Origin: an uncultured delta proteobacterium
GTDB lineage: Bacteria > Desulfobacterota > Binatia > Binatales > Binataceae
Length of the DNA: 64,000 nt
NCBI GenBank assembly: GCA_963842085.1
Contig: CAWJET010000001.1
Span: forward strand, 3,136,001-3,200,000
Direction of reading: 5' to 3'
Position numbers and translations under genes: made by a program. The notes beneath the pieces are model-generated. The model was not told the origin of the DNA. It ran no database searches and saw nothing but the letters and a program-made list of their open reading frames with translations. This document shows, piece after piece, positions 48,972 to 58,949 of the stretch. Within the stretch, counting starts at the first letter, position 1, and every line of letters starts with the position of its first letter.

Positions 48972-50102
48972 GTGAGCACAACGGATTCGATCGTCATCGA
49001 TTGCGACTCGCATGTGATGGAGCCGCCGGACCTCTGGGAGAAGTACCTCGAGTCGAAGTTTCGCGATCGCGCCATCCGGATCGTCAAAGATCCCGGTGAC
49101 GGGCTCGAGGTCCTGATGGTCGACAATCAACCGCTCCTGAAAGGGATGCTCGCCGGACTTGGCGGCGCCAATCAGCCGCGCCAGGAACTTTTCATCCCGG
49201 GCCGGCTCGGCTACCTCGATGGATGCCCGCCCGCGAGCTATCTCCCCGCCGAGCGGGTCAAGCTGCTCGACGAATGGGGCGTGAACGCTGGCGTGCTGTT
49301 CCCGACGGTCGGAATTCTTTGGGATGTCGCGGACCACGAACTGGCGGCGGCCTACGCGCGCGCCTACAACAACTGGGTCAACGACTTCGCCAGCTCGGTG
49401 CGCAGCCGCGTAATTCCGATCGCGCACATCGCGTTGCAGGACGTCGATGCGGCGCTGGTCGAGCTCAAGCGATGCCTCAAGCTGGGATTCAAGGGGATCT
49501 TCCTCGCGCCTGAAAATGTAGCTGGACGACGCTTCTCTCATCCTGACTTCGATCCGATCTGGCGCGAGTGCGAGGAAGCGGGAATCCCCGCCTGCCTGCA
49601 TGTGATCGTGCGCTTCAACCGCCCGCCGGGAATTATCGGGCAGTTCTACCAGCCCGGCGAGTTTCGCACCGTGTTCGGATTCGCGCTCGGCGGGTTTGCG
49701 CAGGTAGTGCCAGCCGCGATGACGATGGTTGCCGACGGTCTGTTCGATCGCTTTCCCCGCCTCAAGGTCCTGTGCGTCGAGGCGGGATGCGGTTGGGCGC
49801 CCTACATCATGGACCGGATGGATCAGAAGTATGAGTTGCTCGGGTGGACCTATCCGACCAGGTTGAAGCCTTCGGACTACTTCCGGCGCAACCTGTGGGT
49901 GGTTGCAGAGCCCGAGGAGCGCACCATCGGTGCTGTGATGGATTTGCTCGGCGAAGATCGCGTGCTCTGGGGCTCGGATTTTCCGCACGTCGATTCCAAC
50001 CTCGAAGCGCCGCAGCTGATTCGAAATTCAATCTCGAATTTGAGCGTATCCCGGCAACGCAAGCTGCTCGGCGAGAACGCGCGCATCGTGTTCCCGGCAT
50101 AG
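48972..50102 (+). CDS. Amidohydrolase family (Amidohydro_2) protein
   Basis: DCDSHVMEP; AYNNW; EAGCGW; WGSDFPH. Confidence 0.92.
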   Translation: MSTTDSIVIDCDSHVMEPPDLWEKYLESKFRDRAIRIVKDPGDGLEVLMVDNQPLLKGMLAGLGGANQPRQELFIPGRLGYLDGCPPASYLPAERVKLLDEWGVNAGVLFPTVGILWDVADHELAAAYARAYNNWVNDFASSVRSRVIPIAHIALQDVDAALVELKRCLKLGFKGIFLAPENVAGRRFSHPDFDPIWRECEEAGIPACLHVIVRFNRPPGIIGQFYQPGEFRTVFGFALGGFAQVVPAAMTMVADGLFDRFPRLKVLCVEAGCGWAPYIMDRMDQKYELLGWTYPTRLKPSDYFRRNLWVVAEPEERTIGAVMDLLGEDRVLWGSDFPHVDSNLEAPQLIRNSISNLSVSRQRKLLGENARIVFPA

Positions 50103-50156
50103 CTAGACATCGGGGTAGGAATGAAATGACATCTTCAGAACCGTGGTGCGGACGCG

Positions 50157-50360
50157 ATGCCGAGTGACAAGGCCAAGGCAAACAAGGCGCTGACCGCGAC
50201 CTGCGTCGCGTGCAAGAAATCCGTATCAACGGAGAGCGCGGTCGCGCTGACGGGCGTCGAGGACGGACACCGCCAGCAGTACGTCGTGTGCAACGCATGC
50301 GCGAACGGCGGATGGCGTCCGCCGGGCTTCGTCGGCTTGTATGCGTTCCGCCGCGAGTAG
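50157..50360 (+). CDS. Small Zn-finger-like hypothetical protein
   Basis: CVAC...CNAC pair; fills the gap between two confident genes. Confidence 0.55.
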   Translation: MPSDKAKANKALTATCVACKKSVSTESAVALTGVEDGHRQQYVVCNACANGGWRPPGFVGLYAFRRE

Positions 50361-50370
50361 CGAGCGAGAG

Positions 50371-51723
50371 CTAAACTTTGTACAGGCGTTTGGCTTCCGC
50401 TCGTAGTTCCGATCTGAAGTCGGGATGCGCGATCGAGACCAATTCGTCGATGCGTTGACGAATCGATTTGCCCTTCAGAGTCGCGATGCCGTATTCGGTC
50501 ACCACATGATGCACGAAGCCGCGCGGCGACGTCACCACGCTGCCCGCGTCGAGCACCGGCACGATGCGCGATACGCGCTTGCCATTGACCGTCGAGCTCG
50601 ACGGCACCACGATTACCGTCTTGCCGCCCGCCAGGCACGCGGCGACGACGAAGGCCGTCTGCCCACCGGTGCCGGTGTACATCAGCGGTCCGATCGACTC
50701 GCCGTTGGTCTGCCCGGTCAAATCTACCGCCAGCGCGTTGTTGACCGAGATGAGCCCTTCTTCTTGCGCGACGAAACGGATGTCGTCGGTGGTGTTGAAA
50801 TCGTAGAGCGCGAACGCGGGATTGCCGTCGATGAAATCCAGCTCTTCGCGCGGTGTCAGCGGCGCGAAACCGGCGCCGACCACCAATCCCGGAAATAGCT
50901 TCTTGTGCTTGCCGGTCAGCACGCCCGCCTCCACCAGCGGCGCAGTGTGCAGCGGAATAATCTCGGTCTGCATCCCGAGCTCGTGATGATTGAGGAGATG
51001 CTGGCACAGCTTGCCGGACATCGAGCCGACGCCAATTTGCAGCGTCGCGCGATCGGGGATCAGTTCCTTGGCGACCGTCGCGCAGACCGTCGCGATATTT
51101 CGCGCTTCCTCTTCACCGGGCTCGGGCAGGTTGATCGCCGGCAGCTCGACGGTGCGCTCGACGAAGTAGTCTATTTCCGAAATATGGATCGAGTTGTCGC
51201 CGCCGACGCGAATCGAATTCTTGTCGATCTCCGCAATCACCAGGTTGGCGTTGCGCGCGAGCAGCTTCGACATGATCTGCGCTTCGCCGAAGTTGCAGTA
51301 GCCATGCTCGTCGGGCGGCGACACGGTCATCAGGTACACATTGAAATTGTCCAGCGCGGGCGGCAGATGCCCGGCGCGATAGTACTGAATCGGCGTGAAG
51401 TCTGCCGCGCCGCGATGGTAAATCGCGCGGTCGTACGGCGACAGGTACATCGACTCGAGGCGGAAGCGCTCGCCCAGCCCGGGCAAATCCCAGTTCATCA
51501 CGGCGGCGCCGTGATTGACAACGACGTTATCCAACTCCATCAAGCGCCCCGCGAGCGCGGGGCAGAGCTCGAACGGCGTCGCCTGCGCGATCGACAGACA
51601 CACCCGGTCGCCCGACTTGATCTGCGCGACAGCTTCGTCCGCCGCGACCAGCCGCGCACCTAGTTGTGCGCGCCAATCGCTCCCGGATTTTTGGCCGCGA
51701 TGCTGGCTCGATGCGGTCGCCAT
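50371..51723 (-). CDS. Acetyl-CoA hydrolase / 4-hydroxybutyrate CoA-transferase family
   Basis: VSPPDEHGYC; TLQIGVG; VDLTGQ; GTGGQ; VVTEYGIA; IAHPDFR. Confidence 0.93.
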   Translation of the reverse strand: MATASSQHRGQKSGSDWRAQLGARLVAADEAVAQIKSGDRVCLSIAQATPFELCPALAGRLMELDNVVVNHGAAVMNWDLPGLGERFRLESMYLSPYDRAIYHRGAADFTPIQYYRAGHLPPALDNFNVYLMTVSPPDEHGYCNFGEAQIMSKLLARNANLVIAEIDKNSIRVGGDNSIHISEIDYFVERTVELPAINLPEPGEEEARNIATVCATVAKELIPDRATLQIGVGSMSGKLCQHLLNHHELGMQTEIIPLHTAPLVEAGVLTGKHKKLFPGLVVGAGFAPLTPREELDFIDGNPAFALYDFNTTDDIRFVAQEEGLISVNNALAVDLTGQTNGESIGPLMYTGTGGQTAFVVAACLAGGKTVIVVPSSSTVNGKRVSRIVPVLDAGSVVTSPRGFVHHVVTEYGIATLKGKSIRQRIDELVSIAHPDFRSELRAEAKRLYKV

Positions 51724-51724
51724 C

Positions 51725-52717
51725 TCAGGCGGCAGCAGCGAGCGTGGGGTTGATTCCCATCTCGCGCATGAAGGCTGAAGTGCGCTCGTTCAGCAACCCC
51801 ACCTTTTGCATGTTACTGACGACGGTCTGATGCATCTCGCGGCGGAAAAGTTTACGGAACAATGCGTATTCGCTGCCGAGCGCGATTTCCTTACGCGCCT
51901 TGCGGACGGCTTCGATATCGGCTGCGCTCATGCCGATCGTTTCGTAGGCTTCGCGTGGAAATTGCCCGGTCATAACGAGCACCAGCGCCTCGCGCGTGAA
52001 GTCCTCGAGTTCGTGCAGGTCACCGGGGCTGAGGCCGCGAATCTCGTCGGGCAGGCTCAGGATCGAGAAGCCCATGTGGCGCGATTCGTCAGCCAGGATG
52101 CGCCGGCAAATTTCGCGCAGCAGCGGATCCTTTGCGGTTTCCATCAGCATCCGGAACAGCGCCACCGCAAACGTCTCGGCCAGCAATTGCAGACCGACCG
52201 TTTTGATGAACCATTTGCCATTGCCGAGGATGTAGTCGAACAGCGTCTTGATATTCCCGGTTATCGGATAAATCCGGCCGCCGCACTTCTCGAGCAGGTA
52301 GCGGCTCAGCACTTCGGCGTGCCGCGCTTCATCGACGACCTGCGTCGCCTGGAAAAACTTCGCGTCGTTGCCCGGCACCATGTCGACCAGTTGGCTGCAC
52401 GCGAGCATCGCGCCTTCCTCGCCATGGAGCAGTTGCGACAGCCGCCAGCATGAGAACTCGACGTTGAGCCGCTGGAACTCGCGCGGTTCGAGGCGCTCGA
52501 GCGTGGGAGTGCCGTGGCCGTCGACCAACTCGTCGGCGAAGATGCCGTGCTCCGGGTCGACTTCGAGTTTCCAATCGATGTCGCTCGACGCGTTCCACTG
52601 GTCGCGCTTGGCATTTTCGTAGAGACGGCGGAGGTCGGGAGCCTCGACCGCGTAGTAGCGCTGGAAGGTGGTGTCGAATGAAGTCGGGATTCGGTCGGCG
52701 ATCGAATTCGATGACAT
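51725..52717 (-). CDS. Ferritin-like diiron protein (AurF/CmlI-like oxygenase family)
   Basis: LYENAKRDQW; SQLLHGEEGA; DEARH; DESRH. Confidence 0.85.
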   Translation of the reverse strand: MSSNSIADRIPTSFDTTFQRYYAVEAPDLRRLYENAKRDQWNASSDIDWKLEVDPEHGIFADELVDGHGTPTLERLEPREFQRLNVEFSCWRLSQLLHGEEGAMLACSQLVDMVPGNDAKFFQATQVVDEARHAEVLSRYLLEKCGGRIYPITGNIKTLFDYILGNGKWFIKTVGLQLLAETFAVALFRMLMETAKDPLLREICRRILADESRHMGFSILSLPDEIRGLSPGDLHELEDFTREALVLVMTGQFPREAYETIGMSAADIEAVRKARKEIALGSEYALFRKLFRREMHQTVVSNMQKVGLLNERTSAFMREMGINPTLAAAA

Positions 52718-52877
52718 AAGAACGCGCTCCTGGGCTCGCTTGAGAAACCTCATCAACGCTAGCAAATTCCAGCATGATCGGAAAATCGGCGGCAACGCGG
52801 CTAATCGGCGCATCGAAATCAAGGCGACGCAGGTCAGCTTGACTGCGCCGGAGCAAACATCGATGCTCGTCTGTCGC

Positions 52878-52967
52878 GGAGAGGTTCGGGAGTCTGGTTT
52901 AACCGGCCTGACTCGAAATCAGGTGAGCCTAACGGCTCCGGGGGTTCGAATCCCTCCCTCTCCGCCA
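52878..52967 (+). tRNA. tRNA-Ser(CGA); island integration site
   Basis: Anticodon arm CCTGA-CTCGAAA-TCAGG; long variable arm; GCCA end. Confidence 0.95.
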
Positions 52968-54358
52968 CACAGTTGGTAGTGTTTAGCTACAGCCCGGAGA
53001 TGGCGACAAATTCGCGCGTGGGCGGGCCGATTCGCGCAGCTCGTGGCACCGGAGAGCGCGACCAATCTTGCAAATCGCCAATTCGCCGCGATTCCTCTCT
53101 GTTCCGAAGAGATTCGGTGCCACGAGCGGATTCTGTGCGATCGCCCCTTGACGCTTCTCGCTTCGCTAGATCGATTGGTCCTTAGTGGGTAAGTAGCAGA
53201 GAGGCCCGGCCCTCTAATCCGCAAGGAGCCGCTGCTGCGCGTCCCATTCGATCGGAAGACCGGCCTGAGTCTTGAGACGCTCGGCAGAGAGACAGACCCC
53301 TTGCCGCCCCGCGCAGATGGATTCCACGACTGCTGGAGCGAGCAGGGCTAGCGGCACCATATGACGCACATAGCTTTCGCTCACACCTTCTCGAATGGCG
53401 ATCTGACTGGTTAAAGTGGCAGTTCCTGCCGCGAGTTCGCCGAACCACTGGTACCCGCGGGCCAATGCTCGAAGCAGGGCAGGATCTGTCCGCGGAGCTA
53501 CGACCGCTTCGCTTGGGAGCACCAGCGCGTTTCCACGCCACGACGCCTCATCTGCAGCGGAACAAGACGGGTCATTCGGAGGTTGGCTCCGCCGGCGGGG
53601 AACCGATCGGGTGGCAGAAGCGCTCGTAGATTGAGTGTGATCTGCATTCCGTCCCGCCTTAGCTCGACTCGCTCTATGAGCGTCCCCGTATCCTCTGCCG
53701 TCTCGACCCGCTGATGAGATTTGACCTTCGAATCGATTGCCCCGACCGCCTGCTTGAGTTCTGCAGCAGCGAAGCCAAAAGCTCTGAGGGTTGAGGCCAG
53801 CGCCCCGCGATCCGAGAGCATTGGTCTTGTGCCGGCCATTACCGCCAGTTCAGTTCGTTCGGCAGGCAGGCGCCACCCACGTTCATCCGGCTTCGCGGTT
53901 CCCCTGACCAGCCTCTTCGAGACGAAGTACCTGTAGCGCCGCTGTCCTTTTTTCGCCCAGCAGGAATACAGCGGCTCGCCGCTCTGATCGAAGAGTTTGC
54001 CCATGAGGAGGCCAGGGCTTCTTCTGACCGTTCGTCCCCGAGGGTGAGCGGCTTTCTGGCTCAGCATCTCCTGAACCTGCTGCCAAGTCACTCTTTCGAT
54101 TATCGCTTCGTGCTGACCCGGGTAGGTGACATTCTTGTGCCGGATCTCGCCCACGTAGACCGGATTGGCGAGCAGGTGATAGAGCGCGCAGCGTCCGAAA
54201 GGGAAACCGCCGTGCCGTACACTACCTCTCGACACCCGTTGCTTGGAGAGAATCGACCTGCGGTCCAGTTCTTTTTTGACCCTACGCAAGGTCTTGAATT
54301 CGAGATAGAGCTTAAAGATCAATTGCACCGTCTTAGCTTCGGCTTCGTTTACCACTAG

Positions 54359-55634
54359 CAGGCTGCGGAAAAAGTCCGGTTAGTTATGAATTTGTCCACT
54401 CCGGGTAGTTGTTAGTGTTATTGAGCGAGCATCTAAGGGCCAGCGCAGTGGAGCGCCGACAGGTTCTGGTGTTCGCTTCAGGTGGCGATTGGCAAGAGGT
54501 TGCGCATCCTCACCAAGTTGTAGGCGGCGGCCGCGAAGGTAAACACCCAACCGACCCGGGCGGCACCCCGATGCCGGGTTTTGCGCAAGCCGCCGATGGT
54601 CTTCATCCAACCGAAGATCTCTTCCACCCGTTTGCGCTTGATCTGACTGATGGCGTAACCCGGATGGCGAGTTGTGCGGTGGTCGATGGCGCTGTGCACT
54701 TTGCGCGCGACGTGCGGAGTAACCTGATGCGCGCGCAACTCACGCACCAATTCCTTCTGATCGTAACCCTTATCGGCGCCCAGCGTGACTCGATGCTGGC
54801 CCGCGATCTGGGCCGCCATCGCGAGGGCCGCCTCGGGTTCGGCGCTGCCGCTGGCCTGAGTCAGCCGGGTGTTGACCACCAAGCCATGGCGATTGTCCAT
54901 CTGCACGTGCCCGGCGTAACAGAGCTTGGCCTCTTTGCCCGACCCTTTGCGGGCCAGCCGTGCCTGGGGATCGGTGGTCGATTGGTGCGTGGCGTTGGTG
55001 CGTCGCTCACCATGGAAGTCCACGCTCGGGTTACCGGGATCATCGGGCGGGGTTTGCTGGTCGTCTCCTTTGCGCTTGAAACTCTTGTGTCCGGCCCAGG
55101 CCTCGATCAGGGTGCCGTCGACGGTAAAATGCTCGTTGGAGAGCAGGTCTTGGGCACGCGCTTGCTCGAGCACTGCGTTGAAAAAGCCCTGCGCTACCTC
55201 GGCCACCAGCAAGCGCTCGCGGTTCTTGGTGAAGACGGTCACGTCCCATACTGGGTCGTCGATGTTGAGCCCCACAAACCAGCGAAACAGGAAGTTGTAA
55301 TCGAGCTGCTCCATCAAAAGTCGCTCACTGCGCACCGTGTAGAGCACCTGCAAGAGCAGCGCCCGCAGCAGCTTTTCGGGCGCGATCGACGGCCGCCCGC
55401 AGTTCGCGTAGACCGCGTCGAAGCGCCACGACGACTCCTTAAGGGCGGCGTCCACCATTACCCGAATCGCTCGCAACGGATGATCCTTGGGTACTCGCCG
55501 CTCCGCCGATATGTAACTGAACATTCCGCTCTGCTGATGGTCCACCCCACGCATCACCGTCACCTCCTCCTACAACCTCTTCCTACTCCACTATATCCGA
55601 TCGAGCGGAAAACTCCTCGTTTTTCCACAGCCTG
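54359..55634 (-). mobile_element. IS5/IS1182-like insertion sequence (1276 bp)
   Basis: IRs CAGGCTGCGGAAAAA / TTTTTCCACAGCCTG; CTAG target duplication at 54355-54358 and 55635-55638. Confidence 0.95.
54478..55563 (-). CDS. IS5-family DDE transposase
   Basis: RVPKDHPLR; VDGT; GADKGYD; RKRVEEIFGWMK; AAYNL. Confidence 0.95.
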   Translation of the reverse strand: MTVMRGVDHQQSGMFSYISAERRVPKDHPLRAIRVMVDAALKESSWRFDAVYANCGRPSIAPEKLLRALLLQVLYTVRSERLLMEQLDYNFLFRWFVGLNIDDPVWDVTVFTKNRERLLVAEVAQGFFNAVLEQARAQDLLSNEHFTVDGTLIEAWAGHKSFKRKGDDQQTPPDDPGNPSVDFHGERRTNATHQSTTDPQARLARKGSGKEAKLCYAGHVQMDNRHGLVVNTRLTQASGSAEPEAALAMAAQIAGQHRVTLGADKGYDQKELVRELRAHQVTPHVARKVHSAIDHRTTRHPGYAISQIKRKRVEEIFGWMKTIGGLRKTRHRGAARVGWVFTFAAAAYNLVRMRNLLPIAT

Positions 55635-56161
55635 CTAGACGACGATCGCGCAGGTCGTAGCCCAGCGGCGGCGTGCCTCCCATCCACATCCCTTTCTGCT
55701 TGGACGCCGCGATCTTGTCGCGGATGCGCTCGCCGGTCACCTCGCGTTCGAACTGTGCAAATGAGAGCAGCACGTTCAGGGTTAATCGGCCCATCGACGT
55801 GGTGGTGTTGAACTGCTGCGTGACCGTGACAAACGACACGCCGTGGGTATCGAAGACTTCCACGATCTTGGCGAAGTCGGCCAGAGAGCGGGTCAGGCGG
55901 TCTACCTTATAGACCACGACCACGTCGATCCGCTTTTCCTTGACGTGGGCGAGCAGGGCTTTCAGGGCCGGTCGCTCCATCGTCGCGCCGGAAAATCCGC
56001 CGTCGTCGTAACCCGTTTTAATCAGACGCCAGCCCTCGCCGGTCTGACTTTTGACGAATGCTTCGCAGGCCTGACGCTGTGCGTGCAGGGAGTTGAAGTT
56101 CTGCTCGAGCCCTTCTTCCGAGGACTTGCGCGTGTAGACTGCGCAGCGTTTGGGAGCGCCG

Positions 56162-56644
56162 TCACTTCGAGCCATGACTCGCCTCCCGTCGCTTGCTGCG
56201 CAGACCGAAGAACTGTGGCCCGTTCCAGTGCGCGCTGGTGATTACCTTGGCGACCTCGGTGAGTGACCGGTAGCGCTTTCGTTTGTACAGCACTCCCTGA
56301 TCAAGCACTCGCACTTCGTGCGTCACGCCGTGCCACCCGCGCATCAGGACTGTTCCTGCAGGCGCTGCTGCGGCCGGCTCAAGTTTAAGGGGCTGTCCTG
56401 ACCGTGCGTCGTTGGCGAGGCGAATCAGCAGTCTTCGGGTGGAGGGTCTGAGTCCTCCGTGGAGTTGCTCCTGAATTCGATACGCCACGGCACGGGTCAG
56501 CAGTTTGCGGCTGATGCGAAGCGGCGGCTCGGAGTTGTAGAGCGCCCGCCACTGCTGCTTAAGCTCGGCGATCGCAGACGATTTCAAGAAAGCAACTCGC
56601 TGCGGGATCATCTCCGCCGATTTAGTAAATCTCTGGTCCTCCAT
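56162..56644 (-). CDS. DUF2924 domain protein
   Basis: AVAYRIQEQLHGGL; GTVLMRGWHGVTHEV; YRSLTEVAKVIT..WNGPQFFGL; overlaps the recombinase start; AGGAGG RBS. Confidence 0.9.
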   Translation of the reverse strand: MEDQRFTKSAEMIPQRVAFLKSSAIAELKQQWRALYNSEPPLRISRKLLTRAVAYRIQEQLHGGLRPSTRRLLIRLANDARSGQPLKLEPAAAAPAGTVLMRGWHGVTHEVRVLDQGVLYKRKRYRSLTEVAKVITSAHWNGPQFFGLRSKRREASHGSK

Positions 56645-56678
56645 GTGTGCCCGGCCTCCTGGCGGGCAGACACACACA

Positions 56679-56795
56679 TTGCTCTGGTTCGCCACCGAAG
56701 CCAGTCGACGTGTTCATGCCCATTCGCCTTCCCATCGCCTTCCGGGTCTCACTAAATGAGCGCTCATCGCTCGCTTCGTGCGCGCAACAGAGCAA
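56679..56795. promoter_or_regulatory. Two divergent copies of CTnGCTTCG-N9-CAGAGCAA
   Basis: Minus-strand copy at 56679-56708 faces DUF2924; plus-strand copy at 56767-56795 faces the Zn-finger gene. Confidence 0.65.
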
Positions 56796-56836
56796 GCATC
56801 CGAGGCCAGCCGTTATGGCTGAAGGAGAGCAAGAGA

Positions 56837-57076
56837 ATGGAACGCGCGAAATTGACAAACGGTGAAAAGATTGAGCCGGTAAACATCAAGTCTGCACGAG
56901 CGCCACGGGAGAAGACCGAGCGTAAGCCCAAAGCGGAGAAGCTCGTGTGCCGCTACTGCGGGAGCGACGATCTGGCCCCGAGCTTTATCAAGCGACGCGA
57001 TCGCCGTTGCCGGAAGTGTTTCAGCAAACGCTATGGATCGGCGGCGCGCGGGAAGAAAGCAACCGCAAAAAAGTAG
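56837..57076 (+). CDS. Small basic Zn-ribbon protein
   Basis: CRYC...CRKC, K/R-rich; AAGGAG RBS; terminator follows. Confidence 0.75.
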   Translation: MERAKLTNGEKIEPVNIKSARAPREKTERKPKAEKLVCRYCGSDDLAPSFIKRRDRRCRKCFSKRYGSAARGKKATAKK

Positions 57077-57094
57077 CTGCACTACCACAAGATC

Positions 57095-57130
57095 AGAGAC
57101 CGCGCCCGAAAGGGCGCGCTCTCTTTTTTC
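57095..57130 (+). terminator. Intrinsic terminator
   Basis: CGCGCCC-GAAA-GGGCGCG followed by CTCTCTTTTTT. Confidence 0.85.
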
Positions 57131-57362
57131 GTTGTTACGCTGTGCCCCGACACCGTCTGTTCCAGGGCTCCTACAGAAGTCGCCTGATGGGATGGACCCA
57201 GCCCTCACTTTTCAGTGCGGCCTCTGGATGGGCCAGTATTTACGGCTGGCCGAGATCAATCGCTAGACTTTTCAACGGTTTCGGAGTTTTAGTGGGGACA
57301 GGGATGATGCGGCGCTATTTCGAGGTTCGCATGCAATCGTGCTGACGTGAGGATGTCTGGCA

Positions 57363-58685
57363 ATGGCTGAAACAGCGATCAACGATGACGGCGATTTTTT
57401 TCGGGTGCCCGCCAACGAGGCGTGGACTCTTCTGCAGTTCACCACGCTGCTGTACTACCTGCACGAAACCAATCCAGACAACCTACTGGTCCGCGACAAG
57501 ACTGACCCGAAGACCCCGGTAAGTATTGCGGCCGTCGGAATGGCATTGGCCACGATCCCGGTGATTGTCGAGCGCGGCGTCTTCATCCGCGAATTCGCGG
57601 CCAAGCACACCTTGAAACAACTGCGATACCTGCTGCAATGCCCGCAGGGTCCCGAGCCCGAGGCCTCCGGCTACAACGGCTTCTTCTATCATTTTCTGGA
57701 CATCGAAACAGGCCGGCGCGTTTGGCAGTGTGAGCTGTCGACCATCGATTCGGCCTTTCTGTTCGCGGGCGCGTTGACGGTCGCCACCTATTTTGACCGC
57801 GGCACCGCCGACGAGGCCGAGATCCGCAGGCTCGCCGATGCGCTCTACCAGCGCGCCGATTGGAACTGGGCTCGCGATGGCGCAGCCACACTCACGCACG
57901 GCTGGCGGCCGGAGAGCGGATTCATCCCACACCGGTGGCAAGGCTACGACGAAGGCCTGCTGCTCTACATCTTGGGGCTGGGCTCGCCCACACATCCATT
58001 GCCGCCGGAGAGTTATCGCGCCTACTGCGCAACCTACCAATGGAAAAGCATCTACGCCCGCGAGTTGCTCTACTCGGGCCCGCTATTTACCCATCAACTG
58101 TCACACATGTGGATCGACTTTCGCGACATTCGTGACGAATTCATGAGACAGCATAGCAGCGACTACTTCAAGAACAGCCGTCAGGCGACCTTTGTGCAGC
58201 AAGAGTACGCAGTTCGCAACCCCATGAACTTCGCCGGCTACGGGAAAGACTGCTGGGGATTCACGGCATGCGATGGACCGGGATGGATCAAACGAGTCGT
58301 CAACGGTGTTGAGCGCCAGTTCTTCGACTACACCGCTCGCGGCGCCCCCTTCGGTCCCGATGACGGCACCGTCGCACCCTGGGTGGTCGTCGCCTCCCTG
58401 CCTTTCGCTCCGGAGATTGTCATACCGGCTGTGCGCAATTTTGCCCAACTGGATTTGGGCATGATAAGAAAATACGGATTCTTGCCTTCGTTCAATCAAT
58501 CGTTCGCCGTAGAAGGCAGTCCGACCGGCTGGTGGGTTTCGCCGTATCACTTCGGTGTCGATCAAGGTCCGGTGGTGCTGATGATCGAGAATCATCGCAC
58601 CGGGTTGTTGTGGGAGATCATGCGCCGTTGCTCGCCAATCTTGACCGGTTTGCGTCGGGCAGGCTTTACCGGAGGCTGGTTGTAG
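57363..58685 (+). CDS. Glucoamylase-family / GH144-like glycoside hydrolase (possible beta-1,2-glucanase)
   Basis: GFFYHFLD; ELSTIDS; WQGYDE; GPLFTHQLSH; WGFTACDGP; GVDQGP. Confidence 0.85.
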   Translation: MAETAINDDGDFFRVPANEAWTLLQFTTLLYYLHETNPDNLLVRDKTDPKTPVSIAAVGMALATIPVIVERGVFIREFAAKHTLKQLRYLLQCPQGPEPEASGYNGFFYHFLDIETGRRVWQCELSTIDSAFLFAGALTVATYFDRGTADEAEIRRLADALYQRADWNWARDGAATLTHGWRPESGFIPHRWQGYDEGLLLYILGLGSPTHPLPPESYRAYCATYQWKSIYARELLYSGPLFTHQLSHMWIDFRDIRDEFMRQHSSDYFKNSRQATFVQQEYAVRNPMNFAGYGKDCWGFTACDGPGWIKRVVNGVERQFFDYTARGAPFGPDDGTVAPWVVVASLPFAPEIVIPAVRNFAQLDLGMIRKYGFLPSFNQSFAVEGSPTGWWVSPYHFGVDQGPVVLMIENHRTGLLWEIMRRCSPILTGLRRAGFTGGWL

Positions 58686-58908
58686 TTCGGTGATCCGGGC
58701 GCCTACAGTCAGAGGAGCCTTGATATCTTTATCTTTAGGGGCACCTCGTTGCGTTCGGGCCCATGCACCGCCAAGGCCCATGGCGTCCTTCCAGAAGAAT
58801 GCGGGCTTGGAGTACTCATTGAGCGAACACCCTGCACCGTTCAAACACCAGACTATTCCCCTGTTCGTCCTCAAAACTTGGTCCGCACGAATTCGTTGAT
58901 GGTAGTGT

Positions 58909-58938
58909 TTGACTCAATTGGTTGGACCACTGTATAAG
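58909..58938 (+). promoter_or_regulatory. Promoter with FadR-type operator
   Basis: TTGACT-N18-TATAAG with TGGT-N3-ACCA (58919-58929) in the spacer. Confidence 0.6.
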
Positions 58939-58949
58939 TGGACCACCGA

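Larger units (their letters stand above)
53214..56175 (-). pseudogene. Large serine recombinase (DUF2924-associated), split by an IS and a 1-nt frameshift
   Basis: N-terminal RCAVYTRKSS..VDRLTRS..ERIRDKIAASK (56175-55639); continues VVNEAEAK..NPVYVG..YRYFVS (54358-53520); C-terminal DPALLRALARG..LPIEWDAQ in a shifted frame. Confidence 0.9.

Noticed and set aside
48327-49988. 553-aa minus-strand ORF
   Set aside because: Shadow of the CMD and amidohydrolase genes
54409-55638. 409-aa plus-strand ORF within the IS
   Set aside because: Antisense shadow of the transposase, commonly open in this IS type
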